From contig OZ024743.1 in the NCBI GenBank assembly GCA_964016885.1, positions 369,706,001 through 369,770,000 of the forward strand: DNA of 64,000 nt, written 5' to 3'. Below the pieces are notes generated by a model. That model did no database searches. It was not told the origin of the DNA and saw only the letters and a list, made by a program, of their open reading frames with translations. The first letter of the stretch is position 1. The number at the start of each line of letters is the position of its first letter. Shown here piece after piece: positions 57,255 to 64,000 of the stretch. The translations under genes were made by a program, and so were the position numbers. The stretch is from Eledone cirrhosa. Taxonomy: Eukaryota.

Positions 57255-58415
57255 ATGGGAACCGGGAACGATAATCCCAATTTTCAAAAGGGGAGACAAG
57301 AGAGATTGCTCCAATTACAGAGTGATCTCCTTGTTATGGTTCCTTGGTAAACTCTATGTTAAGTATCTGGCAAATTGATGCAGCGTGATTGTCGAGTCCA
57401 AGCTAGTTGATGAACAGTGTGGTTTTTGCCCCAGATGCTGTACAGCCAACCAAATATTTACACAGTGGCAGGTATTTGGGAAATCGTGGAATCATTGCCA
57501 AAAGGTATATTCTTGTTTTGCCGACTTTGAGAAGGCATATCACCACGTTCATCAGAACCAGCTGTGGAAGGTTGTGCAGGAGTATGAGAACGATGATCAG
57601 CTCCTTGCTACCTTCATGTCTCTATACGAATGCCCAAGTATTTGTGTTCAGATAAATGATGCTAAATCGAAACCATTCAAGATGGGAGTTGGACTCTGCC
57701 AAGGGTGCATACTGTCACCTCTTCTGTTCCTAATTTACATGAACAGGATTCACATACACAAACTGGTTGGAAGTGGTATCATAACTGGCAGGTGTAAAAT
57801 GAGTCAGCTGGAAGTAACGACTTGGTGTTACTTAACTCAACAAAAGATGATCTTTGACTTGCACTTGATAGGTTTGATGCCGAGTGCCGCATGGCTGGAA
57901 TGAAAATCAGTGCTGCGAAAACTGAGACACTCATCCTCTTAAGGAAGCCTGCACAGTGCACTCTATATGTGAATGGAGTTCCACTGAAGCAGTTAGCGAA
58001 GGTCAAGTATCTCTGGCCCATGTTCACGAGTGATGGAAGGCAGGAGGCTGAATTAAGTGCAAGAATTGCAAAAGCTGGTTATCAGAAGAAGGGAGGTAGG
58101 CGTAATAACCAAACTCACTATCTTCAATTCAGTTTCGTGCTAACCTTTACCTATGGTCATGAATCTTGGATAATGACTGAAAGAATACAATTGCGAATAC
58201 AAGTGGAAAAAATGGGATTCCTCCGAAGGGTCTTTGGAGTAATGTTACTCAATAAAGTGCATAACTTGGATATCAGAGAGTCATCCAATTAGAGCGATTA
58301 CTTCTACAATTGAGAGATCACAGCTCCGATACTGTGAGCATGTGGTTAGAATGTCTCAGAAAAGAATCGCTGGACAGATATTATGGGCAAAACCAAGAGA
58401 CCCAGGGCAGACCCT
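57255..58415 (+). mobile_element. RTE-clade LINE RT fragment
   Basis: IIPIFKRGDKRDCSNYRVISL...DEQCGFCP...FADFEKAY...GLCQGCILSPLLFLIYM. Confidence 0.92.
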
Positions 58416-58574
58416 AATCGTTAGGTTGTAAGTTCAATTCCTGGACCAGGCAAGACACTTTGTTTCACGTTGCTTCTTCTACCTGGAGTTGCGACCGATA
58501 GAGAATATTAGCAATTAGAAAGACGAACATAAACATTGTTTCCTTGGTCCAATTTGATGAAAGTCAATCGACTG

Positions 58575-60416
58575 TCGATATTTAATCATATATCTTTATA
58601 ACTTTAATAGGCTTTGATCAGTATTGGCCCAAGCCATGTCTAACTTAGTAGCATCTCATAGCAAAGTCTTTCAAATCAGGATTTGGACACTATGGCCCAC
58701 TCAAAGCTCTTAAAATGTTATCAAAATGATTCAGGAGCTGCGTTAGACAGTCCCTTCCATTATGGAACCCATGCTGGTTGGAGTTCAAGAAAGTGAGGTA
58801 TTCGTGATCTCACCACTCTCTCAAATACCTTAATGATATGAGAGGTGAGTGAGATTCGACGGTAATTTGCTGCAAGGGGCTTGTTTCCTTTTTTGAAAAC
58901 TGGGACAACAGACCGGAACAGAAAGTTTTCAGATATATAACTAGCATCCAGTGAGTTCCTCCACAGATTAGCAAGAGGAGATGCAAGTTGGTGTCAACAC
59001 ATCTTCAGGACACAAGCAGGGAACCTATTAGGGGCTACTGCTGAATTGCATTTAATTTTGTTTATTGCCACTAAGACATTCGGGGCACCAAGTGTTATGT
59101 CCGATATAATGTGTTGAGGATTTAACATCACTGATACAGCCCAGATCAGCCATATCAGGATTGCTGAAAACAGAACAGTATTGTTTCTGCAGTATCTCAC
59201 CCATGGTTTTAGCATTGTCTTGGAGAGTGCCATTTTAATCAATCAGAAGGCCAACAGTGGTGACAGTAACCTTGTGTTTTTTGGGGATTGAATTTGATTT
59301 CCTCAATGGCCCATTTCTCCTCAGCTGTTCTTTGGTTATTGATGATGGCCTTCATGCATTTTTGGAGGTTATATATTTTTTATTCAAGTAGTGTGATGTC
59401 AGTCGAATGTGTGTATTGTTGTTTGCAGTATTTTAGTTTGTTGATTTTTTTTTTGTTTGTTCTCCTTATATTTCTGATAATATTTTTTCTCTTTTGGGGT
59501 TTCTGCACTTAGTTTTGTTCAGATTTTAGTGAAGTGTCTTTTGTACATATGTTTATAACAGTGTCTACAAATATCTCCCAGGATGTTTTGATGTTGATGA
59601 AGATGTGTATGTAAAAGACCAGTCAACATGTGATAGTTCGTTCATGATTGCATCCCAGTTGGCATTATACAGATCCATGTTATCAAATATGTGGGCTGGA
59701 GAGAGGTCATTGGGTTTAGCTTTCAACTGGTGGAATTTCAGGTTACAGAGAACCATGTCATGGTCGGAAAGAAGGGTTGTTTCCACTGTAATATTATATA
59801 TAGTGTTAGTGTTGTTACTAAACACTAGGTTCAAAATGTTTTTCTGATATCTTTTTGGTGCAAGAACAAGTTGGGAAAAGAAAAAGTCATTCATAAAGTC
59901 GAGAAGTGACTCAACTGCTTCTTTGTCAGTGGTTGAGGTGGGAGTGCCTGGTTTCAAACTGTTTGTAGACCAACACAGGGTAGATTGAAGTCTCCCATTA
60001 TTAATATGTTAGAAGAATGGCACTGTTGTATAAAGCACTGTTGAGGCATTCCTTAAAGCACAGTATGGGCATTTGGGGTGGCCTATAGAGCCCAACTACT
60101 ACCAAATCATTGACTTCGTTGTGCACAGTGACTGATTCACAGTAGTCATTGAAGAATGTGATATTTCCATCTGCCATAAAGGAATCATGAACAAAAATGG
60201 CAGTTCCACTCTTCCTTCTGTTGACATGATCTGCACGGATGATTGTGAAATTCCTCACCTTCACTTTGGCATCCAAGTGGGAGCTGTTGAAATGAGTCTT
60301 AGTTAGGATGAAGAGAGGGATGTGTTGTGGATGGTTACCAACCCAATCTTCAAAGAATTGGACCTTCCAATTTTGTGTATTGATTGAAGGGCTGACACCT
60401 TGTGCATTGATTAGAA
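58575..60416 (-). mobile_element. CR1/L2-like LINE relic (APE endonuclease to RT N-terminus)
   Basis: LINAQG...FTIIRADHVNRRKSGTAIFV...GLYRPP...ILNLVFSN...LSDHDMV...NYRRISLTSHIIKVFERVV. Confidence 0.88.
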
Positions 60417-60472
60417 ATATATATATATCCATATATATATATATATTCATAAATATATATATATATATATAT

Positions 60473-60993
60473 CAGAAAGAAGAGTGACACGGTTTGCTAT
60501 ACAAAAAAGGTTTTTAATGTCATTGCTGACAATTTTTTCTCTGAACTGGTAGGTCTAGAGATCGCTACCCGCTTGTTTTCACGTCATTCGATCACCAATA
60601 CAAAGTTGTAACCAGTCAATTCATCGGAGCTTGCGAGAATGAAAGGAATATACAGGCATGGCTACTATATATAGTAGTAATGGCATTCAATCAGAACAAT
60701 AACAACAATACTAACAATGCTAGCAATAAATTATTTGAAATAATCACAACATCAATCTAGGTGGGAAGTATAGTATATCTACGATTTTAGCGTGTAAAAC
60801 TAGCTGACATGAGGCAGATGTATAAAATTGACATGTAAAAGCTGTCATGGGGTGTATTATATATAGTGTAAAGATAAGCTGGTGGCTTTAAACAAGCGGG
60901 TAGCGATCTCTAGACCTACCAGTTCAGAGAAACAATTGTCAGCAATGAGATTAAAAACCTTTTTTGTATAGCAAACCGTGTCACTCTTCTTTC
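60473..60993. repeat. Inverted repeat, ~105-bp arms around a ~310-bp spacer
   Basis: gaaagaagagtgacacggtttgctatacaaaaaagg...gatcgctacccgcttgttt versus its reverse complement at 60890-60993. Confidence 0.9.
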
Positions 60994-61169
60994 CTGATTC
61001 ATCATTACTCCAAGTGTTTACAACATAGAAATAACCGCGTACTTGCAGCATCACTATGGAAACGCCTTGTTGAGTCAAACTTAGCCAAGCGTTGATATCA
61101 TCCACTACTCGGAGTACTATAACTGGACTACACTTAAGTGGACTACCTATAACAATAATCTGTTACCCC

Positions 61170-61225
<56 letters not shown>

Positions 61226-61379
61226 ATAAATATATTCATATATATGTAGATATATGTATATACATAATTTTTGTCTAATACCTCTGAAATTTGCATAACA
61301 GATGTTTAATAAACTAAAATATGGAAATTTAGAAACATTTCTTTATATTTACTAACACACATACATATGAATATGTATT

Positions 61380-61557
61380 TTTGTGATAGTTATATTTGGT
61401 TAGAGTTATTTTAGTTTTGTAATAGTTATATTTGGTTATTCATATTTAATTAATTTTGTAATAATTATATTTTGTTAGTTGTATTTAACTAGTTTTGTAA
61501 TAGTTATATTTGTTAGTTGTATTTAACTAGTTTTGTAATAGTTATATTTGGTTAGTT
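61380..61557. repeat. ~37-bp tandem repeat
   Basis: Recurring gttttgtaatagttatattt(g/t)gttagttgtatttaacta. Confidence 0.8.
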
Positions 61558-64000
61558 TTATGATGCTTTCTTGAATTTAGTTTCATTGTGATATTGCATC
61601 TTTCTTTATCACAGCCAATCTATTCCTATGTCATTTGTTCAAACACTAATATATCAGCCCACCTAACCAAAACTGCATTAGGATCAGTTAACAATATGAA
61701 GTATACCCAGCTATGAATCTACTAATATAGTAGTGTGGGGGTCTGAATCTGCAAATGTATCTAAATTTGAAATTGCCTTTAAAAAAAGTAATTGATAAAT
61801 AAATAATTTTTATTCTCTGCTAATTAGACTCAGCCCAGTATTGCTGTATAATACATAACAATACAACAACAAGAACACACAAAATAATTCTTCTTCTATA
61901 ATACGTTGATAATTCTTGACACTGTAAATGCTATGTTCTAACAGGATGAAAGCAACAAAATTGAGACCTTGGAAAACTCTAAGGATTATTTACATTTCAG
62001 CATTTTTGTATGCAAGCAAATATAAAATATGGTGTCTCTAAGCTGCAGTCACTGTATTTGTGCTGCAAATATTGAAATGTTGCCTCGCAGTAGCTTTGGA
62101 TTAAAAATATTTTGCTCTAAGCATCAAAAGTTCTATTTCAAACATTAGAGAAAATGTTTTATGCTAGCTTTTACAAAATTATTGACATTTGAATAATTTA
62201 TGTATGTGTGTGTAAAATAACTTAACATTTTTATATCAAATATTGTCCTTCATAAGCCGGAAAAGAGCAATAACACATTGTGTGTGCGAATATTAATAAT
62301 TTAGATGTTATAGGGTTAAAGTCAATTACTTATTGAACTTCTATATCGACTAATAAATCAAAATATTTCTGTCCTATCATTGGTTTTTAAGCTGTGAGAA
62401 ATACAGCAAGTAAAATGATTTCTAATTTGTTTTTCTTTTCTTTGTGCTTTTTTTTCTTTCTTTTTTCTTTACAACTAAAGGTAGTCTTGTTCTCAAACTC
62501 TTGTTTTTCCTTATCTTTTGACTTTAAAAGTTTAAGAAAACCTGTATTCAAGGAACATTAGTCACTGCCATTTTTTTTTTGTCTTTTTTATGGGAACAAG
62601 TTAATTTATTTTCTATCTTCATATGAAAACTCAGGACAAATAATTTTTAGGTGGTTTTGTTTGGCCTACTTCCACTAGAATGACATAATTGCCCTCTGAG
62701 CCCTTAATCTGGGTCACAGAATATGAATCCTTCTACATCAAACCATTAAAGGTTACAACTCTCACGAAATGTCTGAAATTAAAAATTAACTGTTCATGTA
62801 ATGCTTCATTACGAATTATAAAAATCTCTCTCTCTCTCTCTCTTTCACATACTCACACACATAGATTTTAGCAATAATAGAACAGAAGACATATTTATTA
62901 TATCATTGCTTTCCTTTTTTATCAAATATTTATTTTAATAACAACACACTCTTTACTTAGACTTTTGTTCAAATCAGTCTTTTTGTTAGTGTATGTTATC
63001 CTCCCCATCATCACATTTTTATATATCTTTAATGAAGAGGGAAGGGGTTTAATAAAGTCAGTATGGATGTTCTCTGGAATAATATTAATATTGGTAATAC
63101 CATGCAACATATTTAGCTAAAAGAAAAATCACAATTTAGTTTACAAACACATATACTACACAACACATATACCACACATGCATTTTATGCTATTAGGTTA
63201 TTGTGAATATTTTTATATTAAAAAAATATATATATTTTAGTAATTTCTAACAGTCTCCACCTTCTCCACTTCCTCCATCACAAACATCTTTGTTTCTTTA
63301 TTTACATAGATAATGTTGGTTTGTGTTGGATCTTTTTAATACTTTTGGTAAACAGAATTATGAAGAACATTTTAAAGTTTTGTCTTCTTTTATGGCACAT
63401 TGGATTATTGCAGCATAAACTTGTTGAAAAATCATCTTCATCATCATTATTGTCATCATCTTCATCTCAGCAGAATCAGTAGAGCAGAAGCAAAATATCA
63501 TGGGGTATTTAATGACATCAGTTTACATTCTGAATTGAAATTCTGCCTGGACTGACTTTATCTTCCATTACATCCAAATCAACAAAGTAAAGGACCAGTC
63601 AAATACTAGAGTTGATATAATTGACTATCCTTATCAACTCAGAAAATTGGTGGCCTTGTATCTAAGTTAGAAATCATAGGATGGTTGATTGACAGAATCA
63701 TTAGAACATTATCTTTTTCCAGATCTTATTGTTCTGAGTTCAAATCTAGGTGAGGTCAACTTTGACTTTCATCTTTCTGTGGCCAATAAAATAGAGTATC
63801 TAAGTTCAAATCTAGCTGAGTTTTAATTTGACTTTTGTCTTTCTGTGGCCCATAAAATATAGTATCAATTGAGTGCTGGTGTCAGATGGTGGATGGCAGA
63901 ATAATCTGAGCTTTGGACAAATGCCTTGTGGCATCTATTCTGGGTTTTTACATTCTGAAATCAAATCCTGCTGAAGTTAACTTTGCCTTTCATACTTCTG

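Noticed and set aside
62640-63500. Possible minus-strand terminal exons of a neighbouring gene
   Set aside because: Acceptor-like AGs exist, but the frames are short and give no recognisable protein.

Overview
AT-rich, repeat-saturated animal genomic DNA. The SINE families, huge (TA)n tracts and RTE/Penelope content suggest a mollusc, probably an octopus-type cephalopod; this is an inference. The one host gene I can support is the 3' part of an NR1-subfamily nuclear receptor on the + strand (E75/Rev-erb/HR3-ROR-like). It has six GT-AG exons from 23757 to 36954 encoding the end of the C-terminal extension, a long low-complexity hinge and a full ligand-binding domain. No zinc-finger exons were found, so they are probably upstream of the window. 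Everything else is intron or intergenic sequence. This includes two GIY-YIG Penelope-like retroelements, RTE, CR1-like, CRE-like and R4/Dong-like LINE relics, non-autonomous Helitrons, TTAA MITEs, two tRNA-derived SINE families, 32-bp and 40-bp minisatellites and a 200-N gap. The most striking signal is about a dozen minimal type-I hammerhead-ribozyme motifs from several unrelated families. Most sit in fold-back or inverted-repeat non-coding elements that put a ribozyme on both strands, and many are embedded in (TA)n microsatellites. Nearly all long ORFs in the supplied track are microsatellite artefacts.
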